Shown here: piece by piece, positions 30,701-41,101 of the stretch
How the letters are laid out: each line of letters starts with the position of its first letter
How positions within the stretch are numbered: the stretch's first letter is position 1
Assembly (NCBI GenBank): GCA_965261735.1
Contig: OZ253470.1
Span: 4,896,001-4,960,000 of the forward strand
DNA length: 64,000 bases
Origin: Alphaproteobacteria bacterium
Lineage (GTDB): Bacteria; Pseudomonadota; Alphaproteobacteria; SHVV01
Reading direction: 5' to 3'
Program-made: the position numbers and the translations under genes
Notes under the pieces: generated by a model
The model's input: the letters and a program-made list of their open reading frames with translations, nothing else
Told to the model about the DNA's origin: nothing
The model's database searches: none

Positions 30701-31426
30701 CTAGTAGTACTGATACGTCATCCACTGGCGATAATAGAGATCGCAGGTGTGGGCGACGGAGAAGCGGACCGCGTTCTGGTCCTTCGCGGTAGTGGCATAG
30801 CGGGCGAAGGAATCGGGGCCCAGGCTGCCGTGCTCCTGCTCGACGTGCGACGCGTGCACGGCGATCGACTGCAGGCCCTGCTCGCTGATGCCATAGTTTT
30901 CGCGCAATCCCGTCTCGACGCGCGCGAAGCAGAAAGGATTGGTACGCTCGGCGGCAAACGAAACCGCTGCGATGCCCTCGGCGAACGGTCGCTGGCTCAT
31001 GACGATTTCCAGCCAATGGGCGAACGCCCAGGTCTCCTGCTTGACCTCCTCGCGGGCGCGGCGGTCGGCGTCCCAGCCGAGCTCGTCGAGCGTTTGTTCG
31101 AAGAGCGTGACGTGGCCCCCTGCCCCCGACGCGCTGCCGTGCTCCTCTTCCATCAGGTTCTCGAGCAGGAGCTGACGCAGATCGTCGTCGGGCGCCCGCG
31201 CATAAAGCTGACCGATGATGATATTGGAGGGGTTGGCCCAGCACGTGATCTGGTACACCCAGCCGGCGATTTGCTCGCGGCTGAGTTCGCCGCTCTCGAT
31301 GCCGAGCACGACGGGGTGCTCGCGACGGTTGCGCGCAGGCGATTGGACGATCGCGTCGAGCTCGGCGAGGAGAGCATCGTTGTCGACCGGTTCATCGCGC
31401 CACGTCACGCCGCTAATGCTGTCCAT
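30701..31426 (-). CDS. Heme-oxygenase-like iron enzyme (PqqC/CADD/TenA-like)
   Basis: ENLMEEE...H, AAE and VH...EQEH ligand pattern. Confidence 0.75.
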   Translation of the reverse strand: MDSISGVTWRDEPVDNDALLAELDAIVQSPARNRREHPVVLGIESGELSREQIAGWVYQITCWANPSNIIIGQLYARAPDDDLRQLLLENLMEEEHGSASGAGGHVTLFEQTLDELGWDADRRAREEVKQETWAFAHWLEIVMSQRPFAEGIAAVSFAAERTNPFCFARVETGLRENYGISEQGLQSIAVHASHVEQEHGSLGPDSFARYATTAKDQNAVRFSVAHTCDLYYRQWMTYQYY

Positions 31427-31518
31427 CTCAACCTCCTTAGCGATGGCCGCCCGGATCGCGATGCGCCACCATTGTCGCGGCGCCCGGAAACGGCGTCAAT
31501 CGGTGCATCGTTTTTCGC

Positions 31519-32283
31519 TCACTCATGGATGTAGCTGAAGCGCTCCAGCAGCCCGTGCTCGCGTAGCCACGCGACCGCCTCGAACTGCGCCCCGCTCGGC
31601 ACTGCGCCCGACAGGAGATGCAAGAGGGGGGCGCAGACGTGATCGACCGTCTGGCACAGCTGGCCCGAGAGGTACCCGGGCGGCGCATTGTCGAGGAAAC
31701 GGGTAACCGCCAGCCCAGGGGTGAAGGCGTTGACCCGCACGCCGTGGGGCTCGAGCTTGACCGCCAACGCCGAGGAGAACCCCTCGATCGCATGTTTCGT
31801 GGTCGTGTAGTCGACACTGCGGACGTGGCGGAAGCCGAGCCGCGCCGTTCCCGACGAGAGGTTGACGATGTGGCCGCTGCGGCGCTCGATCATGCCCGGC
31901 AGCACCGCCTGGGTACAGAGGAACGTGCCTTTGACGTTGACGTCGAAGGTGCGTTGCCAGTCCGCGGCCGGAAGATCGACGACATCGGCGACGCTGCCCG
32001 GCGAAGCCGCGTTGTTGATGAGGATGTCGACCGGCCCAAAGCGCGCCAGCGCCGCGTCGGCGAGCGCGCCGACAGCCGCCGCGTCAGCGACGTCGGCCGC
32101 AACCGCGAAGGCCGAGCCTCCGGCCTCGACAATGCCACGGGCCGCCCCTTCGCACTCAGACAGCGTTCGGCTGGCGATCACGACGTGGGCACCCTCGCCG
32201 GCCACGGCCCGGCTCATGTGAGCGCCGTAGCCGCGCCCCCCGCCGGTGACGATCACGGTCTTGCCCGCGAGCTGATTGGCCAT
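31519..32283 (-). CDS. SDR family oxidoreductase
   Basis: TGGGRGYG, NNAA, YTTTK. Confidence 0.9.
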   Translation of the reverse strand: MANQLAGKTVIVTGGGRGYGAHMSRAVAGEGAHVVIASRTLSECEGAARGIVEAGGSAFAVAADVADAAAVGALADAALARFGPVDILINNAASPGSVADVVDLPAADWQRTFDVNVKGTFLCTQAVLPGMIERRSGHIVNLSSGTARLGFRHVRSVDYTTTKHAIEGFSSALAVKLEPHGVRVNAFTPGLAVTRFLDNAPPGYLSGQLCQTVDHVCAPLLHLLSGAVPSGAQFEAVAWLREHGLLERFSYIHE

Positions 32284-32442
32284 GCACCTGTCTCCGTGCC
32301 TAACGACCTAACCGCGGTCGGCTCAACCGCGCAAGCCCTGGGCAGTCCGCGCCGGGGCTGGCCGCGGCATGCCCGCGGATCTTGTTCGGGTATTTCTTTT
32401 CGCGTAGGCTGCCGCGCAAAACCAGGCGAGGGAGGGAACACG

Positions 32443-33228
32443 CTGCACAGCGACGAAGGCTATGTCACGTGCCGGGGCGTGGGCAAGATCTTCAGGTCGA
32501 GCCGGGGCGACGTCGAGGCGCTGAAGGGCATTGACCTCGAGGTCTGCTCGGGCGAATTCGTAAGTGTGGTCGGCCCCAGTGGCTGCGGCAAGAGCACGCT
32601 CCTGAAGTGCGTCTCGGGCCTCGAGCCTGTCACCGCCGGCGAGGTCGAGATCCACGGTGAGCGCGTCACGGGGCCGCCCGACAATCTTGGCGTTGTCTTC
32701 CAGCGCGACGTGCTGCTCGACTGGCGCACGGTCATAGACAACGTGCTCCTGCCGATCGAGTTCCGGCGCGGCAACAAGAAGGAGTTCAGCCCGCGCGCCA
32801 ACGACCTCCTGGTGCTGTTGGGACTCGATGGGTTTCAACGCCGCTACCCCTGGGAGCTGTCCGGCGGCATGCGCCAGCGCGTCGCCATCTCGCGCGCGCT
32901 GCTCGTCGACCCCGAGCTCCTACTCATGGACGAGCCGTTCGGGGCGCTCGATATGCTCACGCGCGACGAGCTTAATATCGAGCTCCAGCGCATCTGGAAC
33001 GAAACCCGCAAAACCGTGCTCTTCATCACCCACAGCGTCAGCGAGGCCGTGTTCCTGTCGGATCGCGTCGTCGTAATGAAGAAGGAGCCCGGCGAAATCG
33101 TCGAATCGCTCGACATCGACCTACCGCGCCCGCGCCGGCTGGCGATGCGCGAGACCAAGGAATTCACCGCCCATTCCTCGAAAATACGCGAGATCTTCGA
33201 GCGCATCGGCGTGTTGCGGGAGCACTGA
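32443..33228 (+). CDS. ABC transporter ATP-binding protein (TauB/SsuB-type)
   Basis: GPSGCGKS, LSGGMRQR, LLMDEPF. Start (CTG or a later GTG) uncertain. Confidence 0.93.
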   Translation: MHSDEGYVTCRGVGKIFRSSRGDVEALKGIDLEVCSGEFVSVVGPSGCGKSTLLKCVSGLEPVTAGEVEIHGERVTGPPDNLGVVFQRDVLLDWRTVIDNVLLPIEFRRGNKKEFSPRANDLLVLLGLDGFQRRYPWELSGGMRQRVAISRALLVDPELLLMDEPFGALDMLTRDELNIELQRIWNETRKTVLFITHSVSEAVFLSDRVVVMKKEPGEIVESLDIDLPRPRRLAMRETKEFTAHSSKIREIFERIGVLREH

Positions 33229-33233
33229 TCACC

Positions 33234-34025
33234 ATGTGGTACCGACTGCCGCGGCCGCTACGCGTGTCCGTCGTCATCTTCGGCGCGTTGCTGCTGTGGG
33301 AATGCGTACGCTTTACCGACATTCCAGAGTTCCTGCTGCCGCCGCCCTCGCGAACCATCGACGTGATCATGGAGTCGCCCGGCTGGCTGGCCCGGCACAG
33401 CTGGCACACCATTCAAGAGACCCTGATCGGTTTCGTCCTCGCCGTCTTGGCCGGTGTCATCCTTTCCATTGCCATCGTATATTCGCGGTTCCTCGAGGAA
33501 ACGCTGTACCCGTTGCTAGTCACTCTCAATGTGGTTCCGAAGGTCGCGGTAGCGCCGCTTTTCGTCGTCTGGATGGGCACGGGCATACAGCCCAAGGTTG
33601 CGATTTCCGCCACCATCGCGCTGTTCGTCATCGTCATCGACATGGTCCTGGGACTTCGTTCGGTCGATCCTGAGATGCTCGATCTCGCGAAGTCGCTCAA
33701 GGGCTCGAAGCTGCAGACCCTGATCAAGATTCGTTTTCCCAACGCGCTGCCGAACCTATTCGCCGGCATGAAGGTCGGCATCACGTTGGCGCTCATCGGC
33801 GCCATCGTCGGCGAGTTCGTGGCCTCCGACAAGGGGCTCGGCTACGTCATCCTGGTCGCCCAGGGCCAGTTCGACACGCCGCAAATGTTCACCGCGATCA
33901 TTGCGCTCGCGGTGATGGGCACCCTGCTCTTCTTCTTTGTCGACCTGTGCGAGCGCTTTTTCGTGCCCTGGCACGTGTCACGACGCGGCGAAGACGGCGG
34001 CGCCCCCCTACAGGCCACGTACTAG
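33234..34025 (+). CDS. ABC transporter permease (TauC/SsuC-type)
   Basis: LLPPPS, PKVAVAPL, GAIVGEF..SDKGLG. Confidence 0.93.
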   Translation: MWYRLPRPLRVSVVIFGALLLWECVRFTDIPEFLLPPPSRTIDVIMESPGWLARHSWHTIQETLIGFVLAVLAGVILSIAIVYSRFLEETLYPLLVTLNVVPKVAVAPLFVVWMGTGIQPKVAISATIALFVIVIDMVLGLRSVDPEMLDLAKSLKGSKLQTLIKIRFPNALPNLFAGMKVGITLALIGAIVGEFVASDKGLGYVILVAQGQFDTPQMFTAIIALAVMGTLLFFFVDLCERFFVPWHVSRRGEDGGAPLQATY

Positions 34026-34059
34026 AGCGCCGGGGGCGATGCGCCGGCAAGGGGCGCTG

Positions 34060-35991
34060 ATGCCACTCGGGATCGACACCTTCAAGAACAAGGACTGGCG
34101 TACGGGCACCGAGGCCACGGCCAACACCCTGTTCAAGGCGCTCGGGCATCCATTGATCGCCGCCAAGGCGCAGCGCCTGTGCGACGAGCTCGCCGCCGCC
34201 GGCCCGGTCGCGATTTATGATCCCCTTGGTCATGCGGCCCATTTCGCCGCCTTTTACGATCTGTCCGCGTGCGACATCGCCGGCGCCTATGTTCAGCGAA
34301 TCGAGGCGCTGGCCGATCCCGTTCTCGGGCTCAACCCCGCGCCCGTGACGGATCTCGCCCGCGCCAGCGTAGCCACGGTCCTGATCGCGGCATTCGATGG
34401 CGCGCGGCTGCACGATCAGATAGCGGCCCTGGTACCGGCCGGGGTAAAGGTGCGCTCGTTCGATGAACTGCGCCTGCCCGACGATATGTTGACCACGCGC
34501 TGGCCCTATCTCGCGCCACTCAACTTCGCGACCAACATCGCGTTCTTTCGCGAGGGCGCCGGCGATCATACCCGCATCTCCCTCGCCAACTACTGGTCGC
34601 AATACGGAGCCCAAAACCCAGAGCTCTGGTTGTGCCTGTTTGCAGGGGACGGCAGCGTGCTGGCGGAATGGCGCGAGCGGCTACCCGGCGCGGGCGGGAC
34701 GCTGGCCATCGACAGCCGCGACGTAAGGGCGCGGTTTGGTCTCGGTGACTTCGCCGGTTCGCTGTTCATCCACGCACTTGGCGTCGCCGGGCATGACATT
34801 GTGAAGTACGCGCTCGACACCACCCGCGACGACGGCATGATCTCGTCGACGCACGATGCCAACGCCTGGCCGGCCGACCTCTACGCCGGGCTACCGGCGC
34901 CCGACGCCGGCGAGCGCGTCGTGCTGTGGGTACAGAACAGCCATCCGGCGCCGATTCGCACCGGTAGCATCGGCCTCAACCTCATGGGCGCGCAGGACGT
35001 GCGCTGGCTCGATGAGGAAATCCCGGCCTTTGGCAGCCACGCGCTCGACGTGGCGGCGCTCCTTCCCGAGGCCGCGTGGCCGCAGCAGATCGAAGTTCAG
35101 GCCGGACGGCACTTCGCTCGCCCGCGCTATGAGGTCATCGGGAGCGACGGGGCGCGCCGCATCGCGCACGCCAACGTCGAGCGCACCGACCTCTCGCCCA
35201 ACCCTGAGATACCGGAATTGGCCGCGCTCATGGGCAAGGGCTATCTCATGCCGCTACCGGTGATGCCAGTCGCCGATTTCCGCTCGCTCGCTCTGCCGAC
35301 GCCGATGGCCGACCGCCAGCGTGAATTGCCGCTCGCCATCGTCCTGGCTGATGCTTCCGGCGCCGAGGTCGATCGGCGCTATCTCGGGCGCATCCGCCGG
35401 CGCGATAGCGTGCCCGTGGACGTCGACGATTGGCTCGCCGAGGCCGGCCTGTCGCTGCCCAGCGGCTATGGCCACGTCGAGCTGTTGTACGACTTTCAGG
35501 GCGGCGGCGAGGCCGATGGCTGGCTGCACGCGATCGGCCGCTACCGGCGGCGCGGCACGCGCCATGCGGCCGAAACCAGCTTCGGCGCCCATATCTACAA
35601 CACACCGATCGTCTACCGCGACGAGCCCCAGTCCTACGGCTCGGCGCCTCCGGGGCTCAGCACCAGACTGTTCGTCCGCCTCGGCTGGGGCGAGCTCGAC
35701 ACGCTGTGCCACCTCATCTATCCGGCGTCGACACCCTGGCATCCGCGCTCGACGACCGATCTCGTTCTGATCGACGGCGAAGGCCGAGACGTGGCGACGC
35801 GGTCCGTCCACATCCCCTGTGGCGGCTCCCTGCTCTGGCGCTATCGCGAACTCTTCGATGCCGAGGCACGCGGCCGGGCGGGCGAAGGTGCCTACGTTCT
35901 GGTCCGCGACACGACGTGTCGCCTGTTCGGCTTCCACGGGCTCCTCGGCGACGAGGGCGCCTTCAGCCTCGATCACGCCTTCGGCTTCTGA
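34060..35991 (+). CDS. Hypothetical 643-aa protein
   Basis: Long ORF with host-like codon usage and no motif I recognise. Confidence 0.85.
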   Translation: MPLGIDTFKNKDWRTGTEATANTLFKALGHPLIAAKAQRLCDELAAAGPVAIYDPLGHAAHFAAFYDLSACDIAGAYVQRIEALADPVLGLNPAPVTDLARASVATVLIAAFDGARLHDQIAALVPAGVKVRSFDELRLPDDMLTTRWPYLAPLNFATNIAFFREGAGDHTRISLANYWSQYGAQNPELWLCLFAGDGSVLAEWRERLPGAGGTLAIDSRDVRARFGLGDFAGSLFIHALGVAGHDIVKYALDTTRDDGMISSTHDANAWPADLYAGLPAPDAGERVVLWVQNSHPAPIRTGSIGLNLMGAQDVRWLDEEIPAFGSHALDVAALLPEAAWPQQIEVQAGRHFARPRYEVIGSDGARRIAHANVERTDLSPNPEIPELAALMGKGYLMPLPVMPVADFRSLALPTPMADRQRELPLAIVLADASGAEVDRRYLGRIRRRDSVPVDVDDWLAEAGLSLPSGYGHVELLYDFQGGGEADGWLHAIGRYRRRGTRHAAETSFGAHIYNTPIVYRDEPQSYGSAPPGLSTRLFVRLGWGELDTLCHLIYPASTPWHPRSTTDLVLIDGEGRDVATRSVHIPCGGSLLWRYRELFDAEARGRAGEGAYVLVRDTTCRLFGFHGLLGDEGAFSLDHAFGF

Positions 35992-36003
35992 TCCACCGCG
36001 GCG

Positions 36004-37299
36004 CTAGTCGTCTCCGGCGCTCTCGAGGGATCCGGGCGGGGCGAGTCCGCGGCCCCGTGTGATGGCGTCGGCGCCGAACCGATCGCGGATGGCGGTAACG
36101 GCGTCGTCGACGTCGTCGCGCTTGTGCTCCGTCGAGAACAAATCCAGCGTTGCCTCGGTGGCCGGTTTCGAAAATCCGGCGACGCCGACACCGATCAGGC
36201 GAAAGCGCGTTCCATCGACCTCGCGAACAAGAAGGTCGCGCGCGATCTCGTAGACCACGTCCGCGGACGCCGTCGGCTGGTCTAGTGAGCGGCTCCGCGT
36301 CAGCAGCTTGAAATCCGCGGTCTTGAGCTTGAGGGTGATGGTACGGCCGGCCAAACCTTCCTTCTTGAGGCCGCGCGCGACGCGCTCGCAAGCGTGCCAC
36401 AGGAGGCGCTCGAGCTCGCCCCCGTCGGCGACATTTTGCTCGAGGGTTCTCTCGCTCGACAGGCTCTTGCGGGCCATGCGCGGCATCACGCGACGCCCAT
36501 CCTCGCCGCGCGCGAGCCGGTAGAGCTGGCGGCCCATCTTGCCGTAGCGGCGCGCGAGCTCGACCTCGTCGCGGAGCTGCACGTCACTGATCGTTGAAAT
36601 CCCATCGTGCGCCAGGCGCCGCTCGAACGCGGGCCCAATGCCCCAAATCAGCCGCACTGGCTTAGGGGCGAGAAAGGCCGTGGCCTCGACCCGCCCAATA
36701 ACCGAAAACCCGCGCGGCTTGTCGAGCTCCGAGGCCACCTTGGCCAGGAACTTGTTGTGGCTAAGGCCGATCGAGACGGTGATGCGGATGTCCGCCTCGA
36801 TGCGACGCGCGAGCGCGGCCAGGCATTGAGCCGCGCTCTGGCCATGCAAGCCTTGCGTACCCGAGAGGTCGAGAAAGGCCTCGTCGATCGACACCGGTTC
36901 GACGAGCGGTGTTAGCTCGTTCATGAGTGCGCGAATGCGCTTGGACTCAGCCACATACTTGGCCATATTCGGCGGCCTGACGAGCGCTTGCGGGCACAGC
37001 TTCAGCGCCTGGAACATTGGCATCGCCGAATGCACGCCGAAGGGGCGCGCCTCATAGGAGCACGTGGATACGACTCCGCGACGCCCGCCTCCAATGATGA
37101 GCGGCTGACCCGCCAGCGCCGGATCGTCGCGCTGCTCGACGGCGGCATAGAACGCGTCGCAGTCGAGGTGGGCGATGGCGAGATCGTGGAGTTCGGGATG
37201 GGCGACGATGCGCGCCGAGCGGCAGCCGGGACAGCGACCCTCGGGCTCGGGCGCCTGCCAGCGCCGTAGGCAGTCACGGCACAGATGTCCGCTCGCCAT
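36004..37299 (-). CDS. dinB: DNA polymerase IV with N-terminal zinc ribbon
   Basis: CRDC/CPGC, HLDCDAFYAAVE, SYEAR, SIDEAFLD. Confidence 0.95.
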   Translation of the reverse strand: MASGHLCRDCLRRWQAPEPEGRCPGCRSARIVAHPELHDLAIAHLDCDAFYAAVEQRDDPALAGQPLIIGGGRRGVVSTCSYEARPFGVHSAMPMFQALKLCPQALVRPPNMAKYVAESKRIRALMNELTPLVEPVSIDEAFLDLSGTQGLHGQSAAQCLAALARRIEADIRITVSIGLSHNKFLAKVASELDKPRGFSVIGRVEATAFLAPKPVRLIWGIGPAFERRLAHDGISTISDVQLRDEVELARRYGKMGRQLYRLARGEDGRRVMPRMARKSLSSERTLEQNVADGGELERLLWHACERVARGLKKEGLAGRTITLKLKTADFKLLTRSRSLDQPTASADVVYEIARDLLVREVDGTRFRLIGVGVAGFSKPATEATLDLFSTEHKRDDVDDAVTAIRDRFGADAITRGRGLAPPGSLESAGDD

Positions 37300-37340
37300 C
37301 GCTAACCTCAGAGCGCTCCCGCCGCCCGCCTTCCCGCTCG

Positions 37341-38963
37341 TCAGGCCAAGTGCTCGTAGGCGGGTAGCGTCAGAAACTCGACGAACTCCGACGCCGTGAC
37401 CATGTCGATCAGGAGTTGGGCCGCCTCCTCGTAATGGCCGCAGACGAATCGCTCGGCGCCGATCGTCTCGCGAATGCTGGCGGTCTCCTCTTCGAGCATG
37501 CGACGGACCAGCGGCTCGTCGATGACCGGGCCGCCGTCGATTCGCGCGCCATGGCGCAGCCACTGCCACACCTGCGCCCGGCAGATCTCCGCGGTCGCCG
37601 CGTCCTCCATCAGGTTGTACAGCGGTACGCAACCCTGGCCGCGCAACCACGCTTCGATATAGAGGACGCCGACATTGAGATTGTGGCGCAGGCCGGTCTC
37701 GGTGATGGTGCCGATGGGCACGGTGATCAGGTCCATGGCCGCGACGTTCACGTCCTGGCGCTGGCGGGCGATCTGGTTGGCTTCCTTCATGGCGCCATCG
37801 AAGACCTCGCGGGCCACCGGCACCAGGCCGGGATGCGCTACCCAAGTGCCGTCGTGACCATCGCCGACTTCGCGCTCCTTGTCGGCGCGCACCTTGGCCA
37901 GCGCTTCGGCGTTGGCGGCCGGGTCGTCGCGAATCAGAATCTGCGCCGCCATGCCGCCGATGGCATGAGCGTTGCGGCGGTGGCAGGTCTTGATCGTGAG
38001 CTGCGTGTAGGCGCGAATGAACTGGCGCGTCATCGTCACCTGGTCCCGATCGGGCAGCAGAAAACGTGGATGGTCGCGGAACTTCTTGATGAAGCTGAAG
38101 ATGTAGTCCCAACGGCCGCAATTGAGGCCGGCGGCATGTTGGCGCAGCTCGTAGAGAATCTCGTCCATTTCGAAGGCGGCAAGGACGGTCTCGATCAGCA
38201 CCGTCGCCTTGATCGTGCCGCGCTCGAGGCCGAGCCCGCGCTGCGCCGACAGGAACACGTCGTTCCACAGACGCGCCTCGAGGTGGTTCTCGAGCTTGGG
38301 TAGGTAGAAGTAGGGCCCAGTCCCGTTGTCGATCTGCCGCTTGGCGTTATGAAACAGGAACAGGCCAGCGTCGAACAGGGCGCCCGACATCGGTTCACCG
38401 TCGACCGTGACATGGGCCTCGGGCAGGTGCCAGCCGCGCGGGCGAACGACCAGCGTTGCGATCTGTTCGTTCAGGCGATAGGCCTTGCCGGTGGCTTCGT
38501 CGGTGAACGCGATCGCGCGACGCACGGCATCACGAAGGTTGAGCTGTCCCCCTATGAGATTGTCCCATGTCGGCGAGGTCGCATCCTCGAAGTCGGCCAT
38601 GAAGACGTTGGCGCCCGAATTGAACGCGTTGATGATCATCTTGCGCTCGACGGGCCCGGTTATCTCGACGCGGCGATCCACGAGGTCATCGGGCACCGGA
38701 TCGATTGTCCAATCGGCCGCGCGAACGGCGGCCGTTTCGGGTAGGAAGTTGGGCATGAGCCCGTCGCTGATTTGCCGCTGGACCTGGGTGCGGCGGTCGA
38801 GGAGGTCGTGCCGTCGCGGCCCGAACTCGCGCTCCAGTTGGGCGACGAAGCCGAGCGCCTCGAGAGAAAGAATGTCCGCGTAGCCAGGCGCGAGCGCCCC
38901 CGTCACCGCGACGCCCTCGGGCACGGCGCTCGCCGGCATGGTGGCTGACCTCTCGCTCGCCAT
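37341..38963 (-). CDS. aceB: Malate synthase A
   Basis: DRRVEITGP, VRPRGWHL, GLNCGRWDY, MEDAATAEI. Confidence 0.97.
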   Translation of the reverse strand: MASERSATMPASAVPEGVAVTGALAPGYADILSLEALGFVAQLEREFGPRRHDLLDRRTQVQRQISDGLMPNFLPETAAVRAADWTIDPVPDDLVDRRVEITGPVERKMIINAFNSGANVFMADFEDATSPTWDNLIGGQLNLRDAVRRAIAFTDEATGKAYRLNEQIATLVVRPRGWHLPEAHVTVDGEPMSGALFDAGLFLFHNAKRQIDNGTGPYFYLPKLENHLEARLWNDVFLSAQRGLGLERGTIKATVLIETVLAAFEMDEILYELRQHAAGLNCGRWDYIFSFIKKFRDHPRFLLPDRDQVTMTRQFIRAYTQLTIKTCHRRNAHAIGGMAAQILIRDDPAANAEALAKVRADKEREVGDGHDGTWVAHPGLVPVAREVFDGAMKEANQIARQRQDVNVAAMDLITVPIGTITETGLRHNLNVGVLYIEAWLRGQGCVPLYNLMEDAATAEICRAQVWQWLRHGARIDGGPVIDEPLVRRMLEEETASIRETIGAERFVCGHYEEAAQLLIDMVTASEFVEFLTLPAYEHLA

Positions 38964-39165
38964 GGGTACGCCCCCTTCCGCCGCTCCAACGGCCAGTGCA
39001 TGATGGTTCAATTCGGCCACGCCGACAACTTGCGGGCGCTCGCGTCTCGCCATGGCGGCCCGCTCCCGGCTCCACATTCGGTGCTTGGACGCCGGGGCTA
39101 AGTGCCTTTACTGTTGCGCCGCGAGGTCACGACGACTTTGGCGATCATTGGGGGATGAGAGCGAC

Positions 39166-39390
39166 ATGACGCTATCAACGAGGTTGGGTGCGGCAGCTGT
39201 AGTTTTGATCGCTCTTGTCGTAGGCGGCTGCACCTCGGAGTCGTTCAACTGGATGGGGGCACAGTATCGCTACGTTGGCGGCCCGGTCGTGTGCGCCGAA
39301 GACGGCTCGCCGGTAAGATGGCAGAAGGCGAACGAAAAGGGAGAGTTCGGTTCCCTCAGGGCCAAGGCTGAAAACTGCGGAAGGCGTTGA
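39166..39390 (+). CDS. Small putative lipoprotein
   Basis: Signal peptide ending VGGC, plus two further Cys. Confidence 0.6.
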   Translation: MTLSTRLGAAAVVLIALVVGGCTSESFNWMGAQYRYVGGPVVCAEDGSPVRWQKANEKGEFGSLRAKAENCGRR

Positions 39391-39652
39391 GCGCCCTTGG
39401 GCAGCGGTGCACCGTCTCTAGTTGAGGCCAATCGCCGTAGACGCACGACGCTCTCCGGTGTGGTTCGGACGCTGGGAGCGTTAAGGCGCGCCCACTGGCC
39501 GAAGCCCTACCTCCCATCATCATTCGCGGCGGCCGTGTCGTGCGCAGTGCTGTGACGGACGCGGCGCAACCGAGCACCCCGCGAGGCTCACCCGCCAGCA
39601 CCCGACGGCGGCAAAGCCTGCCTCGGCGATCGGTCAGGCGAGGAGAGGCGCG

Positions 39653-40423
39653 ATGAGTATCTACGGCATTCCGGACCAGGACGATCTCAAGCAGGTCTAC
39701 GAGCATGTGATCGAGATTCAGACCATCCTCGACAACCATCGCATATCGCGCTTCATAGGCGACAATCTGATCACGCTGCACCGCAACTTGTCCTTTACCT
39801 ACGACGACAAGTTCATGGCGGCATTCGCGAACAACCTCGGACCCAAGGCCGACGAGTACAAGATGTGGCGCTTACACACCTATTGCTGGGCCTGCAGGTC
39901 GGCACTCTCGGTACCCGGTGATTTCGTCGAATGCGGGGTATACCGTGGATTCTACTCCGCGGTGATGACCGAGTACCTTTCCTTCGAGACCCTCGACAAG
40001 CGACTCCTGCTCTACGACACCTTCGAGGGGCTCGTCGAAGAATACTCGACGGAAGATGAGAGAATCCAGACAAACCCTTATTTCGACATGAAGAATTGGC
40101 ACGAGGACGTGGTCGAGAGGTTTCGCAAGTTTGGTAACGTGGAGGTTATCAAGGGTGTCGTTCCGGACGTCTTCAAGCACCGTGCGCCCGACCGCGTCGC
40201 TTTCCTCCACCTCGACATGAATGCGGCCGCCGCGGAAATCGCGGCGCTCGAGACGCTGTTCTACCGGGTGAGCGCGGGCGGCATGATCCTCATGGACGAC
40301 TTCGGCCGCGCCGACCTGCCGAAACTCGTCGCCGCGCACTACCCCTGGATGAAGGCTCAGAACCATCAGATCCTCGAGCTACCCACGGGGCAGGGCTTGG
40401 TGATCAAGCGCGGCCCCGCCTGA
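39653..40423 (+). CDS. TylF/MycF-family O-methyltransferase
   Basis: GDFVECGVYRG, YDTFEG, HLD, MDDF. Confidence 0.88.
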   Translation: MSIYGIPDQDDLKQVYEHVIEIQTILDNHRISRFIGDNLITLHRNLSFTYDDKFMAAFANNLGPKADEYKMWRLHTYCWACRSALSVPGDFVECGVYRGFYSAVMTEYLSFETLDKRLLLYDTFEGLVEEYSTEDERIQTNPYFDMKNWHEDVVERFRKFGNVEVIKGVVPDVFKHRAPDRVAFLHLDMNAAAAEIAALETLFYRVSAGGMILMDDFGRADLPKLVAAHYPWMKAQNHQILELPTGQGLVIKRGPA

Positions 40424-40538
40424 AGGCGGTTGATTAGGCCCCAGCTGATGGTAGTTTTATGGGTACCCCGGGGGGCTTTCGTAACAGATCCATTTCCGGA
40501 GGGGCTGATTTCACGATCAAACTATTGTGGAGCGCGCC

Positions 40539-40970
40539 ATGGACGTCGCAACAATATTGAGGTCGAAGGGTAGCGAGGTCACCACCGCACCACCCGAAAC
40601 ATCGGTTGCTGACATCGCGCAGATCCTAAAGGGCCAGGGCATCGGCGCCATCGTCATCAGTAGCGATGGTGCGCAGGTGCACGGCATCGTCTCGGAGCGC
40701 GACATCCTCCGCGCTCTAGCCGATCACGGGGCCGAAATCCTCGACAGAGAAGTGTCGGAGTTCATGACCGCCGGGGTCTTTACCTGCTCGCCAGAGGACC
40801 GGGTGAACGATCTCATGGCCATCATGACGGAGCGGCGAATCCGCCATCTGCCGGTGACCGTGGACGGTGAACTGACCGGAATCGTGACCATCGGCGACCT
40901 CGTCAAGCACCGCCTGGACGAGATCGAGCGCGAGGCGGACGCCCTGCGTAGCTACATTTCATCGACCTGA
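40539..40970 (+). CDS. CBS-domain protein
   Basis: GIVSERD, RIRHLPV, GIVTIGDLVK. Confidence 0.92.
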   Translation: MDVATILRSKGSEVTTAPPETSVADIAQILKGQGIGAIVISSDGAQVHGIVSERDILRALADHGAEILDREVSEFMTAGVFTCSPEDRVNDLMAIMTERRIRHLPVTVDGELTGIVTIGDLVKHRLDEIEREADALRSYISST

Positions 40971-41101
40971 CGACTCGCCGAAACTACCGCGGGCCCATAC
41001 ACCTAGCGTGGGCCGTCGGTGCGCGCGGGTCGGGACATCCCGCTGCCCCCGACCGCCTCGCTCACGGCAATTCGGTGCTAAGATGGACGATACCGGAGGC
41101 G

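Noticed and set aside
36004-38268. 754-aa ORF suggesting a DinB fusion
   Set aside because: The N-terminal extension is an off-frame read of aceB. DinB starts at 37299.
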